Positions 48,563-62,343 are shown, numbered from the stretch's first letter. The stretch: 64,000 nt of DNA from Selaginella moellendorffii (GCF_000143415.4 NW_003314300.1:166908-230907), one strand, 5' to 3'. A program made the numbers and translations. The notes: generated from the letters alone by a model not told the origin.

Positions 48563-50683
48563 TAAATAAAATTAATTTTTCATGAGGTAAGTGTCAATTC
48601 TTCAATTTGTCATTTGATCCTTTCTCTTTACCTTCTACTCTTCCCAACTTTTTCTTATTTTTTGGCTTGAGCCATTTTTTCATATTTTTAATATATATAT
48701 TTTTATCCGTAGTGTTTCCATCTTCTAGCACATCAATCATTTATGATTTTTATGACTCAATTCCTAATTCAATATTGAGTTGAGTGTTTTATGTCATCAT
48801 ATTAATTTAGATGTTAATTATGTATATTAAGTTGAAAATATTATTTTATTTTGTTAGCAAGGTCTTTGATTAGTTCTAATGTTGACTATTCCCTTATTTC
48901 AAAAGTTGAGTCACTTTGACCAAAATTTTAATTTAATTGTATATCCCCACTTGTGAGTGCCATTGAAAACTTTTGCTTTATTATTGTTATTGAAGAGTTT
49001 ATATATTCCCTTGAGAATATGGATATTTCTATTGATTTTTTTGTCTCAAATGTTGAGTTATATATTAAGGAGGTTGAGTGGTGTAAATCTTTTATTTATA
49101 TTGTCATAGCTGAAGTATTTTATAATAAGAAATCCTTTATTTTCCAAGTAGTTCTTTCTTAAATTTTCTCACTTTTTTCTTTACCTCAATGCTTCAAAAC
49201 AAATTTTTTAAAGAAGGGGGTAGAAGGGACAACAATAAAGTGAAGATGAGCAAATACAATAGTAAAGCAAAAATAAATAACATACATTGTGAAGTGTGAA
49301 TGAAATTAATTCTTTAGAATTTTTTTTCCTTTGAAAAGGGGATATAGAAGATAAATAGAGTGAGTTCGACCTCCCATATATAGTGTTAAACAAAGATAAA
49401 GATTGTGAATTTAAATTAATATAAGTGTTAGATGTTAACCAAAGCAAAGATGCAAAGGTAAATTTTATTTCTTACCGTGAGTTTAAATTAATGATGGTTT
49501 TGGAGGATTATCAATAAATAAACTTAATGGCAAGATGTATTGTTTGTTGTAATGGCATTTCATAGACTATAGTGATTCTCAAAGTCCCTTACTTTAGTTC
49601 AAAGTTATAGCTCTAAGGTTGGTTTGAGCATTTGGTAGTTATATATAGAGTTGTAAGTATTTTATTAAAATTCCATAATCGACTAATGCTTATGCTATGA
49701 CTTTAGGTTTTTTGTTAGTTATAGTTGTTAACAATTACATTAGTGAAAGCTTTAAGTTTTTATGGCAATTTATAATTGTTTAACAAAAGCTCTAAATGTT
49801 CCACCTGACTTATCATCATCACGTTCTCATCTTCCAAAGAGGAGGATGGTATAAAGTTATGAATATATATATATATATTACTCTACCTAAGCATATAGTA
49901 TATAAATCTTCCATTCAAGACTTAATTTAGTCCATTCATACTTGTGGAGTAAAACCATTTAACATTCCTATTCCAATATGTTGAGCACTCATATAACTAA
50001 ATTAATATAAATGTTATATTCATTAAGTCTAATATGTGATAAAGAGAAATACTCAATAAGTAAAATTTTTTAATTTAATATCTAGTAATATGGCTGTAAC
50101 AAGTGTAACAAGTAAATAAAATTAGTTAGTTTATTGCTAGACAAACATTTAATTTAGTTAATATAATTAATCATTCTAAATATTCCATTGTTAATAAATG
50201 ATGGATTTGTTGATAATCTCAACAGAAACTACCCAATAATACCCCTAAAATTATTTATATTTCTTGATTATACATTTAGGATCATCACACATTGATAACT
50301 CACCTTAAAAATATGGGAAATTCAAGAAAAATTCTAAACTTTATAAGCATATGCATTCACTATATATTTATAACTCAGGTTTTAGTAGAGATTCTCAATA
50401 AATAAAAGCAACAACTAATTTAACACCAATTTTTAAAACCCCATACATTAGAATGCTTTAATGTGTGATAAAACATTCTATAAAAGTAGTGTAAAGTGGC
50501 TAGAATGACTAACTCCTTAAAACTAAGTCAAAATCTTTTTAGAATTTTGAAGGGTAATTTATATTTTATCTTTAAGCGATGTGATTAATAGCTTTACAAT
50601 GGTATAATCCCTAAAAAGAAAAGAAAGAAAAAGAACCTTGAAACTAAATTCAATAGAGAGTGAGGTAGAGGAGGATGAGTATA

Positions 50684-51695
50684 TTATAAGCAACTAAAGA
50701 AAACGACTTGAAAAACGATCCATGGGGTTCAAATATAGAGGGAAAGGGTTCATGAACAAAAATGCACCCCCTTTTCCAATCAATTAAGAGTCTTGGGATA
50801 ATTAGGGTTAAGTGTCCTTGGGTTTAAATAGTACTGGGCTTGGTGACATTCAAGAGCTTACACATACAAAACAATACATACACACAAGAAACTATCATCA
50901 AGATAACAAAGACTCATCATGCTTGCTTATTATGTATTGTTATGGGGGGCTACTACATTTTTGGTGGATTGCCTAAGAATGAAGATTGAGCATAAAGATT
51001 GTAAGGGAAGAGTATAAATATTGCATAAGCTGCACTACCTTCACTAAATCACAGTTGGATAGTAAGATATAGAAATAATTAAAATCTAAAAAAAGACAAA
51101 AGTGATATTAAGATCCTAAATCTTTGAGAACATTACTATAAATAAAAGAAAGTATAGAAGTGCATTAGGACGTACCTTATTTGTCATGGGATGATATTGA
51201 GTGGCTAAGATGAAAAACTCTTCAAACTAAGTCAAGAAAGAAATTATTTTAGAATCTTAAGTCTCTTGAGATATTTTAAATCAATCAAGCACTCATATTG
51301 CTTTTGGAGGGGGGAGAGAGAGAGAGAGAGGGAGAGGGAGAGAGAGAGCTTTATGATAAGCAAAGTACACCCTTCTACAAAAGGTAGTGACTTAAACCCT
51401 CTATGTGCCACATGTCCATAGGACAGTGATGTGGAACTTGAGGTTCAGAGCCTTGGGCCACTAAATGAAAGAATGATGCCAAACTCCCAAGCATAGAGGT
51501 ATAAGCTCCTGAGTTTGGACTTCCTGAGAGGTCACCCAGCCTAGTACTATTCAAACCCAAAGACACTTAACCCTAAATATCCCAAGACCCTTAATCGATT
51601 AGAAAAGAGGGTGCACTTTTATTCATAGGCCCTTTCCCTTTATATTTGAACCCCATGGACCATCTCTCGAGTCATTCTTTTTGGTTGCTTACAAT
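50684..51695. repeat. Diverged ~165-bp inverted repeat pair enclosing a (GA)n tract
   Basis: 50684-50848 is the reverse complement of ~51531-51695 with many transitions. GA microsatellite at 51314-51348. Confidence 0.8.
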
Positions 51696-52489
51696 CTACC
51701 ACACTTCCCTGCAAGTTCATGCCCTTGTGAACGGAAGTTGAGAGCTGTAGCTCTCTTGAAAGCCCCGCTCTCTTAACATCCTACCCCTCAGGTCGAGCCC
51801 AGCAGGAGCAAACTAGACCAGCCAGATGTCAATCAATATGTGGTGTGATTCCCCTAGCCAGCCAATAGATGAAAAACTGTCCTAGAGCAACTAACATCCC
51901 AATGCTACAACTAATACGCAAAATGAAGCCAAATGGAGTCTAGCACTATTTTAATATACCAGTGGCCTAATGCGAGGACATGGGTACTCCACCAACTAAC
52001 ATGGTGTGAAGTTTGGGCTTAAACCCAAGCCAGACGCAGAACAAAGACAGGCACACAAGCAGGAGTTAAACTATACCTCAGGTTTGTTGGCCATACCCGA
52101 CCTACCCACTATCCCTACTATACATTTGGAACCACCCACAGCGCCCCGCCCCCCCCTGGCTAAGTATGCTTAGTTAATAACACGTAGGAATTTCGTCCTT
52201 ATGCTCGTCCGGTCTAAGTACATTCGATAACTCCACTAGCACAAGAAAAATTGATAAAAAGTCTAGCAATACTGACCTCCTACTGTTGTAGTAGTAAGGA
52301 AAGAGTGTCTGCAAGGATTAGCCGACAGGTAACTTTCAATACTTGAAGTCACATTCGCAATAGTTATTATTAGAACCCATAATAGCTAAATTGATTTTTT
52401 TTTTTTTAAATTATAGGGGTAGATTTAGGGGAGTAGAGTACAATGTATAACTAAAAAATGATTCATGGATATTGGTAATACAACAATAA

Positions 52490-53760
52490 TTATATGGGTA
52501 CACAATCTCAAGTATCACGAGTCATGTGAAATCAATTGGTATAAAATGAGGTTAGTAGCTTTAGGCTACACACAATGAGCTAAGATCAATTACAATAAAA
52601 AAATTTCACCTGTAGTTAAAATGATTTCTACATGATTAATTCTTGACATAGCTAACCATCTAGATCTTGAGGTTGAATAAATAGATGTTAAAAACACATT
52701 TTTAAATGGTAAATTGGAATACCTAGTATACATGCATCAACCTTCTGAGTTTGAAGTATGTGGAAAAGAACACTTTATTTATTTGTAAGCTTTAGTGGTC
52801 TAATTATACAATCCCCAAAAATATTACAACACCTTAAACAAGTTTTTTTTAATACTTGGTCTATGCAAAAGTAGATTGGAATCTCTACTATTGTATTTGA
52901 GAGTCAATAATGTATGTGTCTACATCAATTATCTCATCAAGGCTAAAAATACATTGAATTTATGATGGCTAAAGAAGCAACTTCAAGATGATAGATCTAG
53001 GTAAAATTTTATTTTATCTTGGCTTATGAGTTTCTTATAATAGGGAACACTACATCTTGAGAATTCATCAACAAAAGTATATATGCAATCTCATATAGAA
53101 TATGACAAAAAAAATTTACTACACACATTGCCCCAACTCTAGCAGTAAAGTTCCACAAACTTTTCAAAGATGATAATCCACATTCTGGGAGGTAGAAAAA
53201 GGAGATGATGTAATTACTATATCAGAACATGGTTAGTGCTTTGTTGTACCTTGCAATAGTGAGTCAAAGCAGCAGTTGTTTCTTGTGTATGCAACTTCAT
53301 GTAGAACCTAGGGAAGAGACATTAGTATTTGTGTTCATTGATGTTTGCATTTCAAATCTAATATTTCTTAGTAGTCAATGAATCTATAGTGCCTCCTTTA
53401 CTGCTTTACTTACATTGTATTACATCATTGATAATGTCACTATTCATTATTTCTAACTCCGCATAACAACATTAGAGTTTAAACATATACTTAGTTGTTA
53501 ATCTGCAGTCATCAAGGTCTCCAGCAAGATTAGTGTCAACCTATGGAACTAGTGTTCCTACTCCGATTTCTCACTTTATTTGGGAACATGTGGAGCGAGA
53601 GGAGATCAAACTCAAGTACCACTCAACAATTTAAATAATTGCATACGTTATCTTCCTAGAGAGAGCTGAGATCTAAAGACGTTTTACAAACTGAAAAGAT
53701 TGTCAGATAGAGTGGGACTGTTAGAGTAGCAGGAATCAATGTGACAAGAAGATAGGGATC
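52490..53760 (+). mobile_element. Degenerate Ty1/copia RT-RNase H relic with PPT and LTR start
   Basis: YKMRLVALGYTQ, ISPVVK, IDVKNTFLNGKL..VYMHQP, HFIWEHVERGEIKLKY. Purine tract agagtgggac followed by TGTTAGAG at ~53719. Confidence 0.85.
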
Positions 53761-53809
53761 TTAGAGAGATTTAAGGAGATGAACACATATATAAACCTGT
53801 ACTTCTAAA

Positions 53810-54470
53810 GCATTCATATTGTAGTATTTTTCCCTTCATCCTGTCCATCAGAGTGACTTTCAGAGATCCACACTTCATGTAAAAGTCGAATATCGTGCTT
53901 GCAAGAAACCTGTTAGACTTGAGTCCCCTCATGGAAAGCTCTGAATGGAAAGCCATTCCTCTCTAAGAGACACCACTGTCACCATTTTTCCAGCCAACTC
54001 CCTGCCGTCTTCTCCCGCTGCCAAGCCTGCACAGGCACCAAGAACAACCACAAAAGTTCTCGTGTTGGAAGCCTTGATCCAGTATGATGGAGAAAAGTTC
54101 CAGTGCCAAACCCTTTTCTCCACTCCAAGCATAAGCCTTGATGATCACATTCCAGGACACCACGGTTCACTGCTTCATGCAGTCGAAAACTCACCGAGCT
54201 TGCTCTCACATCTGGCGTACATGTCGATGGACGTGTGAGCCAGGAAAACATTCCCATCTCGTCTGCATTTGGCGAGCACCTGTTCAAGTTCCTCCTTACT
54301 GCCGCAAGACTTTAGTGTTGCGAGGAGTGCTCGTTCGTGTCGCACTATCTTTCTCTTCAAGTTGTCGTGGGAGTTGAATGCCTGTTGATCATCTAAGCTA
54401 CAATTTTCCCCGGACTGCACATTTATATTCCCGCATCTGTGACGCTCAATGATACATCTAGCAAAGAACA
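53810..54470 (-). pseudogene. PPR gene fragment
   Basis: GNVFLAHTSIDMYARC, VVSWNVIIKAYAWSGEKGLALELF and NRFLASTIFDFYMKCGSL in different frames. Confidence 0.8.
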
Positions 54471-55859
54471 AGGAAACATGACTTAGAGAGCTTTGTCGAA
54501 TTTAAAAGCCACGTACCTCTCAAGGAAATTCCATCGCCTGCCGCAGCTACCATGTAGTTCCTTCCATCGCTCCAGAATGCTACTGCTTATACGAACAGCA
54601 GGATTTTCCTTTAAATACCTCGAAGAAAAACCATTCTGGACGAGACTACACACCTTGCTGATGGAAATCTTACTGTTCCCCAAAGCAATTGTAGCGATTT
54701 TTCTGGATTTTCACGGCAGTTGCAAAGAAGAGCCAGGAGTCGCGAGCAGGCCAAATCGTGAAAGAACCCTATTAGAATAATGCCTACATTTTTCAAATCA
54801 CTCGCGACCATCGCCCTTTTCTCTAAAGGTAAAGGTAAGCCGCGCTCGCAATCGATTCGTTTTACTTAATGTAGTGGTCTTTGCTTTACAAGTAACATTG
54901 GCAGGAATCGAACCCGAAACGTATGCTTAGGGAAACCGAGGTCCTAACTGACTGGTCTAAGTTGTTTTAGTGAGCTAGCGAACCAGAACTAAAAGTCCTT
55001 GTTGATTGGACCCTTCGGCATCGAACCCGGGTCTTCTACAACGGTTTACCTCTACACTTACCTGATAGCCATCATCTCAGCAACCGGGCTCCAATAATAA
55101 AATAACAATACCATCTACTTGAACCATATGGCATCCATGGCACTTTGTTAGATCGCGGATCCACATTCTCGCTGCTCGAGGCCAGCGTTTCGTCCTTGGC
55201 AGAAGCCCTTTCCCGATTTCAGAGGTAAGAGGAGGGGATCTAGATGGATTGGGGCGACGCTCCTCTTCCAAAATACTTGACGACCTCCGCGCGGTCGGAT
55301 CCAAGGACGATAGTGGCGCTCTGGATGTGGGGAGTTCACTCAGTGGTGGATTAAAAGATGGAGAACCGGCCCAAGGAAGGAAAATTGACAGGAGAGTTTT
55401 GTTCTAGATTTTCTCACTCACTCGCTCACTCGCTGTTTCTATGAAAGATGCAGGGAGGAGAACAACTGGTAGCTCATTCCCGTCGCTATGGTCGTCTGTA
55501 AATGTACCCAGGCAAGGATCGTAGATTGGCAGATCCAGGACCGGACTGTCTATACCGAAGAACCGGCCAAGTTTTGGGAGGCCTGATCAAATCTCACAAG
55601 ATCTCTCTCTCAGCATCCAGCGAGTTTGCATAGAGCAAGCACAGTTTTGCATTATCCTCCTATTGTTCTTACGCTTTTTTTTCCTGTAAAGAATGAAAAC
55701 GAACAGAAAAATGGTCATGAGTTATATAAAATTCTCTCAACTATGCTTCGAAAATTTTCCACAGCGCCGCTGATTAGCCCACATCTGCCCAGATTTGTTT
55801 TTAATTGCCAGGATTTGTTCTTCGTCTCTAAACCTCAAGAACCCTAAAATCAGATGATT

Positions 55860-57440
55860 GCATGGATTCAATCCAGCTGGACGGCGACGGCCGCGAGCGC
55901 GATCTCCTCTCCAGTAAGAGCATCGGCTTGATCAACGCAGTCATTCATGGACGCGAAACGGGGCAGGCACGCCGCATTTTCGATTCCATGGATCGGCGCA
56001 CCGCGGCGTCGTGGAACTGCGTCATCGGCGGCTACGCGCGGTGCGGCCATCGCGCTCCAGTTCTTTCCGCGGCTGCATGCCGAGGGGTTGGATCCAAACT
56101 TCCGGATCTTCGTCACGGCTCACCAGGCGTGTTCTTCACAGGCCGCTAGAGAAAAGGGGGTGAGAGATTTACAGGGGAGGACCATCAAGCTCAGGAGCCT
56201 CAAGAGAGGCTTGGCTCTTCATTCCCAGCTCCAGAGTGGTGGATTCTTGGTAGACAGGTTCGTGGCCGGCGCCCTGGTGGATTTCTATGGAAAGTGTGGC
56301 AGCGTGCTCTAGAGATTTTCCTGGCTGCCAAGTTGGGAACAAAGGACGTGGTTTTGTGGAGTGCCATGATCAGCGCTTGCTCGCAAGGAGGGGAAGACGA
56401 GCTAGCCTTGGAGCTCTTTGAGCTTATGCTTTTGGAAGATGGAGTGGAGGCGAATGCTCGGACTCTGGCGGCCGTGCTTGACGCTTGCACGAATCTGGGA
56501 TGGCTGGACAGGGGCGGAGAGATTTACTCGAAGTTTGCAAGAACAGGGATGGGGATTTCGTCCAGCGTTTTTGTCTCCAACATGTATGCAAAGTGGGGCA
56601 GATTGCTGGATTGCTGGAGCGTTTTCGATGGGATGATAGAGCGGGATTTGGTCTCATGGAATGTTATGATCATGGGATATGCAAAAGGTGGCGAGGCCGA
56701 GCGAGCTCTCGAGTTATTCACGGCCATGCAAGCGTTAGACGTGGTCGTCAGCTCGAGGACTTTGGCGGCCTTTCTCCAGGTGTGCTTGGATATGGCCGAG
56801 AAGGAAGAGGCTCGGAAGACTCTTGAAAGTGGCGTCGCTGGAGAAGGTATTGGCTTTTCATTCCCGGTTTCTTGACAGGTTGGAAGACTCCAAGGAGTGA
56901 AACCGGACTCAGCAGGCTTTTGCATCGGCACTTAAGGCCTGTGGGGGTCTTGGAGCACTACAGGCTGGACAGACAATCCATCGTCTGATCGAAGAAGCTG
57001 GGGCCGAGAACTCTCCGGTGGTGGCAAACTCGCTCATAAGTTTCTACAGCAAGTGTGGTGACATCGTGGAATCTCCCCGAGTGTTCGATGGGTTGGACGT
57101 GTCTTGGAGTGCACTGATCGCAGGATACAGCCGTCAAGACGCGGTGTTTGGTCGACAAGGGGATGGAATACTTTCACGCTATGTGCTTGGACTATGGACT
57201 TAATCCGAGTGTGGAGCATGTAATCTCCATGGCTGATCTACTTGGACGTGCTAATCGGCTGTAGGATGCGCTTGCGGTGGTGGAAAGCCTGCCTGTGGAA
57301 GAGGTGTGCTCCAGGATATGGATGGCTTTGCTTGGGGCTTGTTCAATGTGGTGATTGGAAAGGTAGCCTTTGGTGCTCTATCAAAGGTTGACGATCAAGG
57401 TGATCAGGCTCAAACAATGAAAACTATGACAACCTTGAAG
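55860..57440 (+). pseudogene. PPR pseudogene (paralog of 20000-21590)
   Basis: Same motifs with partly different frameshifts. Confidence 0.88.
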
Positions 57441-57559
57441 TGATTGGTACGCAATTAAATTTCTATGACTTTGGATTTATCTAACTCTTGTTGTTTTCTT
57501 TGCAGCTGGATCTTTGTGATGTCACTTCAAGACATGAAGTGTGAAAAGAGTTGGATCTT

Positions 57560-58730
57560 ATGCTTAATTCCTGAAGCATGGGCTTGCTTCAAATAGCCAA
57601 GAGCCTCCTGTGAGACGAGCTCTCCAGGAAAGAGCACAGAAATACCGGGTGGATACGGGCACACGAGCTCAGCAGTCGCTAGACCCACTGCTTCATCAGC
57701 TTTATAGCAGTAAGTTTCTGCAAAGAATGCATCTCTTGGACTAACTAGTGCTTTCCATCCGTTTTTGTTACAATCAGACACTCAGGGTCTGGAATAAGAA
57801 CCTATTGTCAATCTGGAAGAACTCGAAAGCTCTTGAAAGCCTTTGATAAGTTTCTCAATGTCGCTGCTGCTAGTGCCGGCTCCCATAGCAAAAGTTATGG
57901 AGTTCAGAAGAGGAAGCTCGGACACCACCTTGCATTTATCGCACAGAAAGCCATCAGCAAGGTTCCTGTGACTCCGAGCTCCCACAAACCAATGGTGATC
58001 CTAAGCTCATCAAAAATGGTATCAGCTTTGGCTGCCGAGCTCACATTTTCTCTATCAAGGACTCAAACTTGTGGATTTCTTTCAGGCGTCATCGAGCTGT
58101 GGAAGCCAGCTCCAGAGCTGTATCAAACGCTGGATGGTCATCGCTTGCTGCACAACTCATCTGGTCCCTTGCAGCATCAAGAGAGGCCAAGAGAAGGTAA
58201 CTCGGACTGGAGCTTTGCAAGGTTCGAAGGCACTTGCTAATTGCTTTACAATCTTGCAGCCGCTCATAACAAGGAAGAGCATAGTGAGGCATTGCTCCAG
58301 CAAGAACCATGGCTGAGAATGTGGGCGTTCCTGGGGAGGATTGAAACGTCTCCGCGCTTGCAGCAGCTCATCACCGCCGCTTGAATTCCACACGTAGAGC
58401 CGTTTACCAAGAACCACGAATACCCGGCTCCGAAAAGCTCCGCAGTCATTTGCTGCGCTTTGGCTATGGCTTCTTGTGGCCAGGCCTGGCAGCTCCGGGA
58501 AGAGTTGAGCTCCGAGAAGCTTGGAAATCGAAGCCTGAGAAGTGAAACGCAGTGACACGCTTCTCTTGAGAGCTTCAAGCAATGAGGGGAGCAGTAACGG
58601 AGGATGATTGTTGAGCACCGTCGTCGGCATAGCCATCCACGCCATGAATCGCTCAAGCACGAATACTTGATACACGATGTTGTTTCAGGAATGCGAGACC
58701 CACAAATTTTCATCCAGCGACACAAAAGTC
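57560..58730 (-). pseudogene. Orn/Lys/Arg decarboxylase pseudogene, second copy
   Basis: Retains EAIAKAQQMTAELFGAGYSWFLVNGSTCGIQAAVMS..LPRNAH (absent from the left copy), plus SSSPSYLLLASLD and CPYPPGI. Frameshifted. Confidence 0.87.
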
Positions 58731-61108
58731 ATGTGATAGAATAACTCAAGCTGAAACTTAGTCTTTTGTAATATCGATCAGAATCGAACCCGAAACGTAT
58801 GCCTTGAGAAACCGAGGTCCTAACTGACTGGTCTAAGTTGTTTTAGTGAGCTAGCGAACCAGAACAAGGGCTACTTAAAGAGCAAGATTTTTCCCTAAAA
58901 GTCCTTGTTGATTGGACCCTTCGGCATCGAACCCGGGTCTTGTACAACGGTTTACCTCTACACTTACCTGATAGCCATCATCTCAGCAACCGGGCTCCGA
59001 TAATAAAATAACAATACCATTGACTTGAACCATTAGTAAATTTTGAATTTGCATTCTCGCTGCTCGAGCGCCCTAGCAAGAAGCCCTTCCCGGATTTGGG
59101 AGTTAGGAGGACGGGATCTCGTGCTCGATTGCGGCTCAATCACTTTGCCTCTGTTCGAAGCCCCGGCCTCAACCTGGTGGGATATTATTCAAGCGAGTGT
59201 GGAAATGTTGAGTGGCTCGCAAGTTCACTCTGGTGGTTGATCGTGAGATCCACACAACCCATTTTTTCTCTTCCACAGAGCAAGGTCTGTTGAAACTTAA
59301 TCACCCTTCTTTCTTGCTCTTTTGCTGGCCCAGAAAGAAGTAGTAATAACGCATGGATTGTGATCCACAGATGTTCCGAAACCTGGGCTGCTGTTAGCCG
59401 CAACTCAACCGTCTTCAAGATCGAATAGCTCCGAAACATTCGACTAGTGGACACAATTTACACATACTCCCGTTGCCCGGATCGTTTTTCAGTTTGACCA
59501 TGATGGCCACATTTCATGGTACTATTTGGCCATTACGAATTAAAAGGATTGATATCGATTCTCGACCTATGATCTTGGTTTCTTTCCCTGGGTACTGATT
59601 GAAAGAAATGGCATAGCACTTGGGCGGTAAAACTAAACCATTTTGCAAAATAAATATTAGATACAATAAGGCATATACTTAACTAGTAGCGGGCCTGAGC
59701 TTACCCTGGCGTGCGTGGGGAAACTCAAATCTGAATAGAGGCAATAGACCATCGACACCGAATTCAGGAAGGCCACCGGCATCAGCCACCACCTCTGCTC
59801 TGACTAGAGCTCCCTCGATGAGAAACATGCGTCTGTCGGTACACTACGGACTCGGTCTGCAGACTCGTTTCCGAAAAAGCTTACTATCGCCAAGAATCAA
59901 AACATGAAAGTTAGAAAACACAGACAATCTGATTGAAAAACTACATGGCAGATGATGAAGTTCGTGAAGCGGCTCAATATCGTAATTGTCGAAGTGAATA
60001 GTCACTGGCAACCCTTCTAGCATTTTCTTGCAGCGGACAGATGTTTAGCTGACCAGCAAATAGGGCCTTTTCAGCTTGGCAGATTGTGTTCTTGAGGAAG
60101 GAGGCCTTGCCTCTTCGGGATCACGATGATACATCCTGCCAATCTGCAAAAATCAAGACCTGTATAGTAAATCTGAATAGCAAAAGAAAGGGCAATATTA
60201 CGAGTGACATGTTCAGCTGCCTTCCCATCTCCATCCCAAACTCTCTGAAGGAATAACAGATTCTGGAGCTTGAAATAATGCCTCTGGGAGCATGGACTCA
60301 TACCCTTTTGGATTAACTAAGAGTTTTATTAGATTAGTTTTTTGAACCACTATAAAAATAGGGTTTTGAGGATTTTGTACTCAAATTGTTGTATACGAAC
60401 CATTTTTTCTTCTCTATTATTTTAGTATTTCATTAATAATTTTATCTTCTTTTGACGACAATGAATTATAATCCATTATCAATCTTTTGAAATTTTGTTA
60501 TGGAAAATGATAAGCTTTCTTGTAATAGAAGTGTTGAAGCATGGAGCCAAAGGGATTTTACCAGCCTTTAGAAGATGCTAGATTATGTATTATTTGACCA
60601 TTTATCTCTATCTAAAAGAGGAATTAAAAGCTTCAAATTCAAGAAGTGAGGAAAGAGTATGTAGGATTTCAAAAGAAATTAATTGAGTGCATAGAAGATA
60701 TATTTGTAATTTCAGGGAAATGTGTGACTTTGTACAACTTTTATGTGTGCTTATTTAACAATCTAATGCTTTAAATAGAACTTTAAACAAGGTTTGTCCT
60801 CATTACAAAAGAATTAAAGTTTAATTATAGGATATCCTAGAATATACATGAATATTCTAGGAAGCAAATAAAAAATTCTTGGTCAAAAACTTTAAGTGTT
60901 CTTCTGCTAGATTTAAGAATTAGCATAAATACCTAAGTTTAACTAATTTTTAGTAGTGGTATTAATACTTTTAAAAATATATTTTAAAGTATAAATAGAC
61001 TCTAAAATTGTTAGATATGAGCATTAATATTAATATTTTATTTAACCAAATGCATGCTATAGTAGACATAGAAGGCATAAAATCTTTTTGACAGATCAAT
61101 TTTTCAAT

Positions 61109-62068
61109 ATGGTCTTAAATATTTGTTTCATCTTTGAAATATTAGCTTTAATTTTACCTATATTTAGTCAGCAACCACCACCACCACATAGATATCCCCC
61201 TCAGCCTGTAACCATTTTTGTTGCAAGATTAAATGCCATATCTTTATTGGAGTTCAATGAAGTTATAAATTCAATTGATACTTATATTTATTCTACTTAT
61301 ACTCATGATGGAATATTTGGAATTGGAAGTAATTCTATTGTAGTCACTTTAAATCGAAACTTAGTCAGAATCTCATTTCACATCGTTGCCCCACTTTTTA
61401 TGGGTGGGATTTGTGTGGCTGATCCGTCTATACCAATTGGCTTCCCCTCGTATATTGTGCGACAAGCATTTATATCTATTAGAAATCAAATAGTTACAGA
61501 TGCTACAGTTATTTCTTACAGAACAAGAGTAAGTTTTTATGCAGAGATACGCACAGAATTTATGAATTTTGCAATAGCCTATGAACTAATAAGACTACAA
61601 ACTGATTTACAATACAGTAGTAGTTATCATCTGAAAATACCAGATAGTATTTATCATGAAGATCATGATATAAGTGATTGTTGGAGCTTTGGATTTTCTC
61701 TTATAAGCAACAATAATAAAGTTCCAGGATCATATCTTCCAGCTGGAAATAGTTTAAACTCCATAAATGGGTTATACAGGCTCACCATACAACCTAATGA
61801 TTGCAAACTAGTATTAGTTAATAAAAGAGATGGTGTGATCTTGTGGAGTAGTAGTCATTCTTATGAGCCTGTTGTTGGATGTTTTGCACATCTTCAACAT
61901 AATGGGAAGCTTGTCATAAAAAGCACTGCAAATAATATTTTTTGGGAGACTGATGTAGAATGTAGATTGAAAGATTGTTTTATAATTGCAAGTCTTGTGG
62001 TAAAAGGGGAAGGGACTGTATTCATTTATAACTTAGAAACTCAAATAGTGTTATGGAAAGCTATCTAG
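61109..62068 (+). CDS. Secreted bulb-type (B/GNA) lectin domain protein, AT-rich and intronless
   Basis: Signal-like MVLNICFIFEILALILPIFS, poly-Pro, then LPAGNSLNSINGLYRLTIQPNDCKLVL...ILWSS...LQHNGKLVI...FWET...EGTVFIYN...VLW. Confidence 0.75.
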   Translation: MVLNICFIFEILALILPIFSQQPPPPHRYPPQPVTIFVARLNAISLLEFNEVINSIDTYIYSTYTHDGIFGIGSNSIVVTLNRNLVRISFHIVAPLFMGGICVADPSIPIGFPSYIVRQAFISIRNQIVTDATVISYRTRVSFYAEIRTEFMNFAIAYELIRLQTDLQYSSSYHLKIPDSIYHEDHDISDCWSFGFSLISNNNKVPGSYLPAGNSLNSINGLYRLTIQPNDCKLVLVNKRDGVILWSSSHSYEPVVGCFAHLQHNGKLVIKSTANNIFWETDVECRLKDCFIIASLVVKGEGTVFIYNLETQIVLWKAI

Positions 62069-62343
62069 TAAAAGTTGTAGAATATTGTCAAGTATCTAGA
62101 GACTAAACTTAAATATTGCGACGTTTTAAGAAAGGATTACCATAATTCAAATAACCAACAGCCCAACCAATTGCTCAGATCTAAATGACTAAGATAAAGC
62201 ATACAGATTTTCAGTTGGTGGCACTCAAATTTTATATTAATTTTTCAGAAAGAGTAGTTTCGTAATATGGTTTAGCGTGGCAAACAAAAGAAACATTTTG
62301 AAAAGATGCATGGGAATATACTCTCGCATTTGGAGATAGGGTT

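Larger units (their letters stand above)
54879..61560. repeat. Right arm of the large inverted duplication, including R copies 3 (54904-55241) and 4 (58781-59119)
   Basis: Reverse complement of 16710-22401, except for a non-homologous AT-rich block at ~60275-61115. Confidence 0.95.
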
